IMG/VR virus record: IMGVR_UViG_3300017589_000061
Span: 1 to 64,000 of that record
Strand: one strand, 5' to 3'
DNA from: a virus
DNA length: 64,000 nt
Position 1 is the first letter of the stretch. Every line of letters begins with the position of its first letter. The notes beneath the pieces were generated by a model. That model saw only the letters and a program-made list of their open reading frames with translations. It had not been told where the DNA came from and searched no databases. This document shows, one piece after another, positions 10,741-20,370 of this stretch. The position numbers and the translations under genes were made by a program.

Positions 10741-11208
10741 TTATTCATCTGCCCTTGCTACTTGTTTTTTAACTTCGTTATTAACTAAAGGTTTTAATGT
10801 TTCTGTGTATGTATCAAACATATTTTTTACACTTTGTAAACTTTCTTCATTGAAATATGATACTAATTGATTGAATAATTTTAAATTAACCAAACCTTCA
10901 ATAAAACTTAATTCATGTGAATATTGTTTTTCTAATTCTTTATATTTATTAAAGGAAACATTTGTGAAGTATTTTATAAGTAAAAAATAAATATTTTGAG
11001 TTACATCAAATTCTATATTATTTTTTTCACATAGTTCAGCTCTTTCTACGAGGTCAACCACCAGTTTTGATACAGAAACGTCGTCGAGTTTTTCTTGTAT
11101 TTCTAATTCGTATTCTACATTATTACTTGCAGTCAAAACAACTTTTCGTGAAGTATACTCTTGTTTTGCAGAATTTATTACATCTATTGCTTTCATTTTT
11201 TTAGCCAT
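10741..11208 (-). CDS. Putative tail assembly chaperone
   Basis: Position between tail tube and TMP; small helical protein. Confidence 0.4.
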   Translation of the reverse strand: MAKKMKAIDVINSAKQEYTSRKVVLTASNNVEYELEIQEKLDDVSVSKLVVDLVERAELCEKNNIEFDVTQNIYFLLIKYFTNVSFNKYKELEKQYSHELSFIEGLVNLKLFNQLVSYFNEESLQSVKNMFDTYTETLKPLVNNEVKKQVARADE

Positions 11209-11224
11209 CTTTTAATTTCTCCTT

Positions 11225-12547
11225 TTAATTTAATATGGTTTTTATTATTTCGTTACAAAGTTCTGTAAAATATTCTATATTTTCTCTTTCATATGGTATT
11301 CTTATTAAATTAATACCATTAAGTTGACAATATTTATTTTTAATTTCATCTTTAATTTTCAATTCTTCAAAAGCCTCTTCCCCACCAAAGAAATCAACGG
11401 GTTCTCTATGCTGTTTCCCATCAACTTCCACACAGTAATTAGTTTTAGGCAAATAAAAATCAAATCTAAGTAATTTTTTATATTTACAATCATCAAAAGT
11501 ATATTGTGGAATGTACTCAATGTTATTTTCAACAAATAAGTTTTTTAAAATTTTTTCACCTGTTGGAGTACCAATATTACAGTAAGGGCAAGCCTTAATT
11601 GTTTTTACACGAAATTCATCAAGGGAACATTCAAAAGGTTCTCCACATTCTGAGCATTTAATAATTAAAGGTGAATTTGTATTAATATATGTATCACTTA
11701 ATAATTCACATCCAGATGTTGAAATTTCATCGTAAACATCTTCGTAACTATTTGATAGTTTTCTTGCCCTAATTTCAACTCCACAAACATTGCATTGCTT
11801 TTTATTTTCTGTAATAAAACTATTTAAATTTGTATAAAAAACCTCGCCACATATGCATTTAAATGGCATTTTAGTTTTACAATCAATATATTCAGTCGCT
11901 AACAATTCACAATCAGAATTACTTAATGCCCATTGTTTAACTTTATCTAAATTCCACTTAGAATGATTACTGCAATATTCACATTGTTGTTTACCCCTTA
12001 AAAAGGAATTTAATGAAGTTTTAAATGTGTGATTCTTGCAACCACAAAGTAATTCTAATTTATCTTTGGAATGTACATATTTTTTACTCAATAATTTACA
12101 ATCAGATAAAGATTCAATTAAATTCTTAACTTCTTGATAATTATGTTTTTGGTTTTCACCTTTAATTTTATTTGAACATTCATTACAAGTGTATTTTCCC
12201 CATTTTAAAAATGTAGACCAATCAGTATTATAAGATTTCCCACACATAATACATTTAAATTCCATTTTTGTTTTACTATTTTTATATTCTTTTGAAATTA
12301 AAACAACACCTTGTTCTTTTGCATATTGTTTTACTTTTTCATAATTCCATGATATTTTGCCAGAACAAATCTCACAAGTAACCTTACCATTAACAAAATC
12401 GTGCAAATTTACTAAGAATATGTGATTGCCACAAGAGCATATTACTTCCATTTTAGTAGAACTATTTATGTAATTTTTAGAAATTAATTTACAACCTTTA
12501 CTTTCTATAATTTCGACTACCTTTTCATATTTATATCTTCTTGCCAT
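11225..12547 (-). CDS. Free-standing endonuclease with five Zn-ribbon repeats and a Vsr/PD-(D/E)XK-like C-terminal nuclease
   Basis: Repeated Y.N.K.KM..C..C...C..C units; FDFYLP...VEVDGKQH...DEIKNKYC...LIRIPY. Confidence 0.8.
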   Translation of the reverse strand: MARRYKYEKVVEIIESKGCKLISKNYINSSTKMEVICSCGNHIFLVNLHDFVNGKVTCEICSGKISWNYEKVKQYAKEQGVVLISKEYKNSKTKMEFKCIMCGKSYNTDWSTFLKWGKYTCNECSNKIKGENQKHNYQEVKNLIESLSDCKLLSKKYVHSKDKLELLCGCKNHTFKTSLNSFLRGKQQCEYCSNHSKWNLDKVKQWALSNSDCELLATEYIDCKTKMPFKCICGEVFYTNLNSFITENKKQCNVCGVEIRARKLSNSYEDVYDEISTSGCELLSDTYINTNSPLIIKCSECGEPFECSLDEFRVKTIKACPYCNIGTPTGEKILKNLFVENNIEYIPQYTFDDCKYKKLLRFDFYLPKTNYCVEVDGKQHREPVDFFGGEEAFEELKIKDEIKNKYCQLNGINLIRIPYERENIEYFTELCNEIIKTILN

Positions 12548-12647
12548 TCTTTAATACTCCCTTTTAAAATAATATAATTCAGATTTATACCATTTTAAAA
12601 ATTAGTATTATTCTGAACTATTAGTTGCTATAATTCGTTGATTTTAT

Positions 12648-12718
12648 AAACAAGAAAAGCGTGTTCAACTATACACGCCTTGTCGCAAAAAATGATCAGT
12701 AATTTGCTATTCTTGTAT
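12648..12718 (-). ncRNA. Putative structured RNA (three-way junction) upstream of the endonuclease
   Basis: Stems ACAAGAA/TTCTTGT, GCAAA/TTTGC (loop with CTGATCA) and AGGCGTGT/ACACGCTT. Confidence 0.4.
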
Positions 12719-12781
12719 TTACAAACATTGAAATTTCAACGTCTATTTTTTAGTATAATAAAAGTTTGATTTTATCACTTT

Positions 12782-12813
12782 AAAAAAATAAGCGTAGTTT
12801 TTTATGCTACGCT
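12782..12813 (-). terminator. Rho-independent terminator
   Basis: AAGCGTAG-loop-CTACGCTT-ATTTTTTT. Confidence 0.75.
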
Positions 12814-12826
12814 TTCAGTTTTTAAT

Positions 12827-13051
12827 TTATTTCTTATTAAACTTTTTATTATCTTTTATTTCAACTTTTGGTTCAATTCTTTGAACTAAAATTAATCCAT
12901 TAATAATTAATGATTCGTATTTAGATAATATTTCTTCATATTCATCTTCATCAACTATACATTGCGACTCGGCTAGAGTTAGTTGTATAATTCTTTTCGA
13001 TAAATTCATTTCGATATTACCAATATAAAGTTTTGTTATTGTATATTTCAA
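12827..13051 (-). CDS. Hypothetical protein
   Basis: ORF with GGGG RBS in the tail operon. Confidence 0.55.
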   Translation of the reverse strand: MKYTITKLYIGNIEMNLSKRIIQLTLAESQCIVDEDEYEEILSKYESLIINGLILVQRIEPKVEIKDNKKFNKK

Positions 13052-13068
13052 TTATTCCAGCCCCTTAA

Positions 13069-13866
13069 TTAAAAGTTGGTGTCTATCACTTGTTCAAATA
13101 ATATGCGATATGGATATCCTGCTGTTGAGTCATGCAGGCAAGTGATTTCAACGGTTTGGTCGTCAGGAACGTCTTGACTATTCTTTGCTCCCCAATTATA
13201 GTTACTGCTCATTTGAGCTGACGGAATTTCAATACTACCTCTGTAAATAGCCCCAGTATCAACATCTTGTCCTGTAACAATTCCAACTAGCTCGTATATA
13301 GCGTGCGTGGAAGGCTTTGCCTCAATTGCCTGAACTTCCTTCTCTGTTAGGTAATAAACATTTAATTTTCCAGTAACAGCAACATTTACGGTAATAGTTG
13401 TGCCTGCAATTGAATATGCAGTAGGATCAGATGCAGGAGTCCCTGCTTTTAATAATGTTTTATTTCTTCCATTAGCATCAGCTACATATACTGTAATTTC
13501 TCTTCCTGCTACGGGAGTTCCTTTTGTTAGTGTTGCGGTGGATGAATTTATTGCAATTCCTTTATCTATAACATCTACTGCCACTGTCTTAGTTGTAATT
13601 ACATTACCCGTCATAACTCTCAATAATTCTGGGGATATTGCTCCAAAAGTACCCGAAAGCGTTGTAGAAGTATCACCATACAGCGTAAATCTGATCGGTG
13701 CTCCAAACCCAAATCTTTTTTCTGATTTTGCTTCTTCATTTGACAATGTTAAATCTACTAAAGTATCGAAGTCACCTATAACTGTTTTAGGAGCAGTTTT
13801 TGTCTTAACAAGTAAATTTTTAATACCTGTAAGCATTATATTACCAACATTAGTTTCTATAGCCAT
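13069..13866 (-). CDS. Major tail tube protein
   Basis: T/V/G-rich beta protein in the tail-tube position; IEIPSAQMSSNY motif. Confidence 0.7.
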   Translation of the reverse strand: MAIETNVGNIMLTGIKNLLVKTKTAPKTVIGDFDTLVDLTLSNEEAKSEKRFGFGAPIRFTLYGDTSTTLSGTFGAISPELLRVMTGNVITTKTVAVDVIDKGIAINSSTATLTKGTPVAGREITVYVADANGRNKTLLKAGTPASDPTAYSIAGTTITVNVAVTGKLNVYYLTEKEVQAIEAKPSTHAIYELVGIVTGQDVDTGAIYRGSIEIPSAQMSSNYNWGAKNSQDVPDDQTVEITCLHDSTAGYPYRILFEQVIDTNF

Positions 13867-13898
13867 ATTAATTCACTCTCTTTCTTTTTAATTTAATT

Positions 13899-14663
13899 TT
13901 AAACATTTAATTCATTCGCCCAGAAAATACTTTCTAAGTTTGTTCCACTCTTCTTTAAATCAAAAACACCATGATATACACTATCTAAAATATATTCATA
14001 GTTTTCATTTTGTTCAGTTCCATAATATTGCATCATTACTTGGTACACTGTCAAATCCCAAATATTTAATAAACTATAAGAATTCTCTTTTGCACTCAAT
14101 TGATTTATTATGCTCGAAAGAGTTACATTGCCTTTTTTCTTTTTGCTTCTCGCTATTCTTTCAGCTTCAGCTAATTCTTCAACAATTTTCCTTGTTTCTT
14201 CATCAACTGCCTTACTCGGATCAAATTTTGATTTAGATTTATTTCTACCAACTGAATAAATTTGTTTCATTATCTCCATAAATCCATCAAATTTAGCTTT
14301 GTTCATTCTAAATCGCTTTTTATTTATATCATTATCTTCATAAGCGACAAATTCTTTTATAACAACATATTCCCACTCTAAATATGTAAATGTATTTAAA
14401 AACTCAATAAACCATCTATTAAATTCAAAATCTGTACAAATTATATCGTACATTTTTAAATCCTTTATATTGTCAATTTTAGAATCTTTGAGTATATCTT
14501 TAACTTCTAAAATTGCCAAACTAATCAAATAGTTATATTTATCTAAACCCAAGCCGTTTCTTTTACTGAAAATTTCTTTGAGTTTATAATTTCTTATAAG
14601 AATGCCTTCGTATTCAATATCTTCACCATAAAGCAAAGAGCCTTTTATATCTTCGGTACTCAT
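13899..14663 (-). CDS. Conserved SPbeta-like morphogenesis protein
   Basis: IWDLTVYQ motif; position in the operon. Confidence 0.5.
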   Translation of the reverse strand: MSTEDIKGSLLYGEDIEYEGILIRNYKLKEIFSKRNGLGLDKYNYLISLAILEVKDILKDSKIDNIKDLKMYDIICTDFEFNRWFIEFLNTFTYLEWEYVVIKEFVAYEDNDINKKRFRMNKAKFDGFMEIMKQIYSVGRNKSKSKFDPSKAVDEETRKIVEELAEAERIARSKKKKGNVTLSSIINQLSAKENSYSLLNIWDLTVYQVMMQYYGTEQNENYEYILDSVYHGVFDLKKSGTNLESIFWANELNV

Positions 14664-15151
14664 TTTCTATCAATCCAATCAATAAAATACAATTGAATCA
14701 CCCTTGAAGAATAACCCGTATCACAATTTTCATTAATTGAACCAGAGATTCTTACATTTCCAACGTTACCGACATTTTGAAATTCAAAAGTATCAGTCAA
14801 GCATTGTTCAATAGCAAGCATTCTATCCCCAACAGTTGTTTCTAATATTGCATTAGGACACACAATTGTAAATTCAAAATATGGTTGCATCCAAAATGGA
14901 TTTTTCATACTTCTGCCAACTTTACCGAATTGCATACTCAAGAAACACTTAGTAAACGTTTCATTATTCAACGGCATTCTTTTATATTTAAAAATTTGTG
15001 TATCTATCAACGATTGTCGTTGTGTCCTATTCAAAATAGGTTGGGATAATACATCATCTTTATCACAATAAAATAACAATTTTAACAAGTCTTGATTTGT
15101 CATAACTTTGTTTATTATTTCTTCTCTAAGTTCATTTAATTGTCCGTACAT
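14660..15151 (-). CDS. Putative tail terminator
   Basis: NQDLLKLLFY start; position and size. Confidence 0.45.
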   Translation of the reverse strand: MYGQLNELREEIINKVMTNQDLLKLLFYCDKDDVLSQPILNRTQRQSLIDTQIFKYKRMPLNNETFTKCFLSMQFGKVGRSMKNPFWMQPYFEFTIVCPNAILETTVGDRMLAIEQCLTDTFEFQNVGNVGNVRISGSINENCDTGYSSRVIQLYFIDWIDRK

Positions 15152-15161
15152 ATCCCACCTC

Positions 15162-16220
15162 CTATGCTAATGATACAATCGGAATTTCTTTTGTTACTGT
15201 TGCACCATAATCCAAATACGCCGTTAAAATAACTACTTTACCTATCAATTTAGTATCATAAGGGCAAGTAACAGTACATTGACCGTTTATACCTGTTAAT
15301 CCTAACGTTGCTATAACACCATTATCACTCAATCCCCATGTTACAGTATTATTGGTTGTGATTGTGTATGTGTTAGTTTCATTTATTGGTAAATCATTGT
15401 AATCACAATTAATTACTAAATCTGCTGGTGGTTCTTCGGGTTGTGGTAAGTTGTTGTAGTAGTCAGCAATTCCTAATTCGAGGTTATCATATGGTGTTTT
15501 GTTATCTAATTCAAGTCCGAGGGTGATGAGTCCTTTCGCTGTTACAGGATCACTACCAGCTATTTTATAAGCTAAACCATCAATTAAAATTCTACTAATT
15601 TTGTTAGATTTTCCACTTGCCGTAGTTCCAGTAACATCTATAAATCGTCTTGAAATTGCATCATGTTTTACATATGCTTGGAATGTAGAATTTTCAGTAA
15701 CGCCTGTTTCTGAACGTTCCGACAAAGAAGGTCGGGATTTATTATCCTGAAAAAAGCATGGATAATCCCAAGTTTTTATACCATTATCATCAAGAATTTT
15801 TACATTATATTGACATTCTAACAACATTAATTTATCATGATTACGTCTTTTATCTGGTTCGGCTCTAACTAAATACACATCTTCCGTATCACGAATAGTC
15901 ATGGTAATATAATCACCACTATCACATTCGTTTGGAGATGTGTAACAACTAAGTGCAAGAGCATCATATACAGGTTCTTTATAACGTTCATCTTTTAATG
16001 CTAAGATTATATCTTTTGTAAAATTTACTTTAGCTGTTCGTCTGTATTCAGCAATGCCAATACGCAAATCATATTCGGTTATTAGATTATTCTCGATATT
16101 ATTCTGCATATCAGTTTGTAATTCAGCAATTAAAGATGATTTATCTTGACCAATAACATTCGCAGTAGAGTAATGAGTTTTTAGTGCTTCGTAATAATCT
16201 ATCACCATATCATCACCCAC
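15162..16220 (-). CDS. Head closure/neck protein with C-terminal Ig-like domain
   Basis: DNLELGIADYY motif followed by a beta-rich domain. Confidence 0.55.
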   Translation of the reverse strand: MGDDMVIDYYEALKTHYSTANVIGQDKSSLIAELQTDMQNNIENNLITEYDLRIGIAEYRRTAKVNFTKDIILALKDERYKEPVYDALALSCYTSPNECDSGDYITMTIRDTEDVYLVRAEPDKRRNHDKLMLLECQYNVKILDDNGIKTWDYPCFFQDNKSRPSLSERSETGVTENSTFQAYVKHDAISRRFIDVTGTTASGKSNKISRILIDGLAYKIAGSDPVTAKGLITLGLELDNKTPYDNLELGIADYYNNLPQPEEPPADLVINCDYNDLPINETNTYTITTNNTVTWGLSDNGVIATLGLTGINGQCTVTCPYDTKLIGKVVILTAYLDYGATVTKEIPIVSLA

Positions 16221-16721
16221 TTATCCGAGATTCCAATTAAAGTATCTGTATTTCCAAGTTTCTCTATCTCTACGCAAGTACATTTTTACTTTATCTTCAT
16301 TTTCTTCTTTTAATCCTGTTGTTAAATTATTAAACTCTTTCAAACTATTAGCTGGACTATTCATCACGATTTTAACTTCATCATCGGTAAAATATCTTTG
16401 GTTTAATGATTTCCACATGATAATTCTATCTTCACATGCGTAACAGTAAAACATATAATTAGCTATTAAGTATTTTTCAACAGGAATTAATTCAAACGAA
16501 AATTCGGACAAAGTATCATCTTTATTGTAAAAATCAATTTCAAAATTCTTTTTATCTTTAACTGTTACTATATAATAAATAGCTCGATTTAATAGTTTTT
16601 TCATTCTAATTTCAGCTATTTGTTCTATTTCTTCTGGCGTAACATTTTTAATATAGAAAGTTGTATCTTTAATGATTATATCTTTAAATAAATCATATAT
16701 TTCACTAAATGGGGTGTTCAT
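16221..16721 (-). CDS. Head-tail adaptor
   Basis: MNTPFSEIYDLF start; position after capsid genes. Confidence 0.55.
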   Translation of the reverse strand: MNTPFSEIYDLFKDIIIKDTTFYIKNVTPEEIEQIAEIRMKKLLNRAIYYIVTVKDKKNFEIDFYNKDDTLSEFSFELIPVEKYLIANYMFYCYACEDRIIMWKSLNQRYFTDDEVKIVMNSPANSLKEFNNLTTGLKEENEDKVKMYLRRDRETWKYRYFNWNLG

Positions 16722-16738
16722 ATTTCATTCCCCTTTTC

Positions 16739-17257
16739 TTATTTCTTTTTAGTACGTTTAATTGTTTTATCGGAAATATCAGATTTTTCAACTATATCAA
16801 TATTATTTTCAATATCTTCTATTAAAGGTAATCCTGTATAATCCTCTAAAATTCCCAATATATTTTTATCTTTAATTTTCTCTTTGACAGCAGTTTCAAC
16901 TATCATATCAAGTTCTGAATCTTCACAACTTTCAACAATTTCTTCAACTTTATTACTATCTTTAGAATTTAATAATTCTTTGATTTTATCGGAGTCTAAA
17001 TAATCTTCGCTTAATGGTGAAAGTCTTAGAAATTCTCTAGCTTCTTCATCTTTAATTAGAAATTTATTTTTTTCAAATATACTATTGATTACTTGACTTC
17101 CTAATGCATCTTCTAAATCAGATAACATAATATCCTTGTATTCTAAGTTTTCTTCCCAATATGAAGGGAATCCTTTTGCACTAAAACTACAACTTCCTAT
17201 CAAATTTTTGAAAACTCTAACCTTATCAGATGCTTTTATTTTCTTTACAGTTGCCAT
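16739..17257 (-). CDS. Hypothetical head-associated protein
   Basis: ORF directly after the capsid gene. Confidence 0.55.
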   Translation of the reverse strand: MATVKKIKASDKVRVFKNLIGSCSFSAKGFPSYWEENLEYKDIMLSDLEDALGSQVINSIFEKNKFLIKDEEAREFLRLSPLSEDYLDSDKIKELLNSKDSNKVEEIVESCEDSELDMIVETAVKEKIKDKNILGILEDYTGLPLIEDIENNIDIVEKSDISDKTIKRTKKK

Positions 17258-17287
17258 ATATTATAAACCTCTCTTTTATTTTCTTTT

Positions 17288-17310
17288 AAAAAGGGGATTA
17301 TTCGTCCCCT
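17288..17310 (-). terminator. Terminator after major capsid gene
   Basis: AGGGGA-loop-TCCCCT-TTTT. Confidence 0.7.
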
Positions 17311-17317
17311 AATTTAT

Positions 17318-18355
17318 TTATGCATATTTCTTATAAACACCAATGCCATCAGCATTTCCAAGCATAACACCTAATTTTGCATATACTTCATATGTAAGTG
17401 ATCTATCATCATTTTCTTTGTCTTTGATTTCAGTGTCACCTTCGTATCCAACTTTTATAAATTTATCCTCTGGTCTATTTCCTGAAGGGAATACAAATAA
17501 TGCATCTTCTGGGAATAAAGCAGTTCCATCTTTATCATACTGTTGTTCAATAACTACTACACTTGCTCCTCTAACTTTACCAACATATCCTCTTTCACGA
17601 ACATCAGTCTTATCTTGGTCAGATAAGAAATCAGCATCTTTAATTCTTGCTACCATTGAAGGAGAACCCATAATTGTAGCTCCACCTGCACCATATGATT
17701 TAGCATAAGAAATTAAAGTTACTATTCCTTCTATAGAAAATGCATCTGTTAATTCAGTATGAGTTTTCTTGAAAGTAGTTCCATCAATAGCTGTATTTAA
17801 AGCTGTGATTATTTCGTCATAAGCCGCATTGATTAATTCGTCTACTAAAGCGTTACAAAGATCAATAAAATCTATTGAGCCGTCAAGATAATTTTCCCAC
17901 TCAATATATACTGCTCCACCAAGTGCGAACATTTCCATAGTCTGTTGATTTCTCATTAATCTTGTTCTTAGCATTGGTACACCAAGAGCTACTCTTTTTA
18001 TAAATCTGCGAATTTGTCCTTTACCTTTAGGCATATTGAATAATGGTTTGTCACCATTTGAAAATGTTTTAAACTCACAAAATTGATTAAATACTTCATT
18101 TGCTCTAATTGGGAATAATTCATCTACTGTTTCTTCTATTAATTCAAATACTGAAGTTTGATTTCTTCTTAATGCTTTTCTATTTGGAGCTAATTCTTTA
18201 AATTTTGCTCTTAACATTTCTTCTGCTACGTCTTTTGTTAATTCTTTTCCATCATTTTCTGCTGAAAATGCCATTGATACTTTAAAAGGAATCTTGTTTG
18301 TTGCTACTATCTTTGCCAAACCAAGTATTGTATCTCTTTCTTTATTTACGCTCAT
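17318..18355 (-). CDS. Major capsid protein (YonB-like)
   Basis: 345 aa; order protease-decoration-capsid-terminator; VFELIEETVD motif. Confidence 0.78.
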   Translation of the reverse strand: MSVNKERDTILGLAKIVATNKIPFKVSMAFSAENDGKELTKDVAEEMLRAKFKELAPNRKALRRNQTSVFELIEETVDELFPIRANEVFNQFCEFKTFSNGDKPLFNMPKGKGQIRRFIKRVALGVPMLRTRLMRNQQTMEMFALGGAVYIEWENYLDGSIDFIDLCNALVDELINAAYDEIITALNTAIDGTTFKKTHTELTDAFSIEGIVTLISYAKSYGAGGATIMGSPSMVARIKDADFLSDQDKTDVRERGYVGKVRGASVVVIEQQYDKDGTALFPEDALFVFPSGNRPEDKFIKVGYEGDTEIKDKENDDRSLTYEVYAKLGVMLGNADGIGVYKKYA

Positions 18356-18394
18356 TATTATTAACCTCTTTCTTTTTTAATTTAATCTAAATTA

Positions 18395-18925
18395 TTATTT
18401 TAAAGCTATTACTATTTCTAATCCAGTTTCTCCATTAGGAAGTGTAACTACTGATTTAACTTTTCCATATTTAGGAACAGTTGTTGGTGCTGTAGCAGTC
18501 AAAGTCCAAGTTCCAGCAGTGCTAGGAATAACATACAAAGGTGCAGATGCTAAAGCTGTTGCGATAGCTCCTACTGTTGCATAAGTTGCATCATCATAAA
18601 CTATTGCGTTAGTTTCAAAAGTTTGTCCTTCTTTTAGTCTGTAAACTCTTGCATAAAATCCTTTGTTATTTTTTACTGCAAATTCAGTTGTAGCTTCGCC
18701 ATTGTAAAGTTTTTCTACTGAAGCATGTAACCAAACTATATCTGTAATGCCTGTTGGTAAAGAAGCTTCATCTTTTAATTCATCAACTACTACTCCCATT
18801 CCATTCATTAAAGCTGTAACGCCTGTTGCCAATTTAACTGATTTAATATCGTTTGTTCCTAAGTTATTAACACCAGTTAAAGATACTACTGGATATGTTC
18901 CAGTGTATAAATTTTTATTTGCCAT
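18395..18925 (-). CDS. Capsid decoration protein (YonC-like)
   Basis: A/T/V-rich; LHASVEKLY motif; lies between protease and capsid. Confidence 0.6.
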   Translation of the reverse strand: MANKNLYTGTYPVVSLTGVNNLGTNDIKSVKLATGVTALMNGMGVVVDELKDEASLPTGITDIVWLHASVEKLYNGEATTEFAVKNNKGFYARVYRLKEGQTFETNAIVYDDATYATVGAIATALASAPLYVIPSTAGTWTLTATAPTTVPKYGKVKSVVTLPNGETGLEIVIALK

Positions 18926-18956
18926 TATTGTATACCTCTTTCTTTTTTAATTTAAT

Positions 18957-20171
18957 TTATTTTCTTGTTTCGTCTGCTAATACAGACAGCCAATCACTTG
19001 AAGTTTTTGTGTGATTAAAATTGATTGTTACTTTTTTATTCGGTTTTTCTTCTTTAGAAAATTGTGCTTGTTTTTTACCAATTAAAGCAAAGCATTTTTC
19101 TTCTATCTGTTCAATTGTTAAATTATCAATATCTATATTTGACAATTCTTCTACATCTAATTTAGATGCAAAATCTTGCAGAACAGCTTCTTTTTGTTCT
19201 TTTGTTACACTTAATTGGAACTCTTCAAGTTCTTTAGTTTTTTCTGTTAATTGATTAAATTCTACTAATAAATCATTATATAGTTTTTCATAATCAACAG
19301 ATTCTTCTTCTTGAACTTCTTCAACTGTTTCTGTAAATTCTTCTTCTGATTCCTCTTCTACAACTTCTTCAACATTATCTATTTCAACATTTTCAGTTGT
19401 TTCGGCTTCCTCTTCGAATTCTTCTACGGTTTCAGTTTCTAGTGTTTCAAATTTTTCAGTATTTTCTACGTCTAAAATCTTTTCATCTTCCAACGAAAAT
19501 ACCTCCTTGCCATTATTTTTGTTATCTATATCATTAGATAGTTTGTTTATTTCTTCTTTTAACAAACTAAAATCTAAAGCTACCTTATTAAGATTAAATG
19601 AATTAACCCCACCAATCTTACTACCTTCAAAACAAGGCTCAACTCCTATTGCACAAAAACCAGCAAATTCGCCATCTTTTACTTCATATGCATCTAATTC
19701 ATTTGACCATTCACCACTTTTAACAGTGATTTCCATACTATGTTTTGAACCGTCTTGAAGTATCTTTTTAGCTTCATCTTCAAATCTCTTCCATATGTAT
19801 CCAGTTACGCATAAATATTCATGTTCATTTACCCCGTCATCTTCAGTATAGTTTTCCCATGTAATTTCTGTTGATTCTGGTATCATTCCAAAGGCGTATG
19901 TAATAGTTTCAAATTCTATTTCACCATTACCACTGATAATTAATCTATCACCATGATCTGTAAAGTTATCATCTTTCATATAACCTATAATTGGAGTATT
20001 ATATATAGTAGGCAACATTTTGTTTTCTATTACTTCTTTAGTAAAATATGAACCATTCCTATTTTTACCAGCATACATAACTCTAATTTTTACTTTGGCA
20101 AGATTAGAATTTAATCCTTCCACATAAAGTAATTTAGTGTTAAATGTCATTTTATTATCCAGCTTTCTCAC
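18957..20171 (-). CDS. Prohead protease/scaffold (YonD-like)
   Basis: NRNGSYF, HSMEI and EPCFEGS motifs; acidic coiled-coil C-terminus. Confidence 0.8.
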   Translation of the reverse strand: MRKLDNKMTFNTKLLYVEGLNSNLAKVKIRVMYAGKNRNGSYFTKEVIENKMLPTIYNTPIIGYMKDDNFTDHGDRLIISGNGEIEFETITYAFGMIPESTEITWENYTEDDGVNEHEYLCVTGYIWKRFEDEAKKILQDGSKHSMEITVKSGEWSNELDAYEVKDGEFAGFCAIGVEPCFEGSKIGGVNSFNLNKVALDFSLLKEEINKLSNDIDNKNNGKEVFSLEDEKILDVENTEKFETLETETVEEFEEEAETTENVEIDNVEEVVEEESEEEFTETVEEVQEEESVDYEKLYNDLLVEFNQLTEKTKELEEFQLSVTKEQKEAVLQDFASKLDVEELSNIDIDNLTIEQIEEKCFALIGKKQAQFSKEEKPNKKVTINFNHTKTSSDWLSVLADETRK

Positions 20172-20188
20172 TTCCTTTTAATTTAACT

Positions 20189-20362
20189 TTAGAAAGTTAA
20201 TCTATTTGTAAAAATTACTCTGTCTTTATATAAATCAAAATTTATTTTATTAGAGTAATTAACTAAAGAATAGATTCCATTTTCTTTTTTTAATAATTTA
20301 CAACCTTTAGCTAAAAGTTCTTGTGCTGTTTTTTCATCTTTACATATTACAATATTATCCAT
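20189..20362 (-). CDS. Small 57-aa protein between portal and protease (not in ORF track)
   Basis: MDNIVICKDEKTAQELLAKGCKLL... with GGTGGA RBS. Confidence 0.6.
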   Translation of the reverse strand: MDNIVICKDEKTAQELLAKGCKLLKKENGIYSLVNYSNKINFDLYKDRVIFTNRLTF

Positions 20363-20370
20363 ACTTCCAC

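Noticed and set aside
12680-12700. CTGATCA...GACA resembling a hammerhead core
   Set aside because: The motif lies in a hairpin loop, lacks the 3-8 pair and GAAA, and the stems do not fit hammerhead topology.
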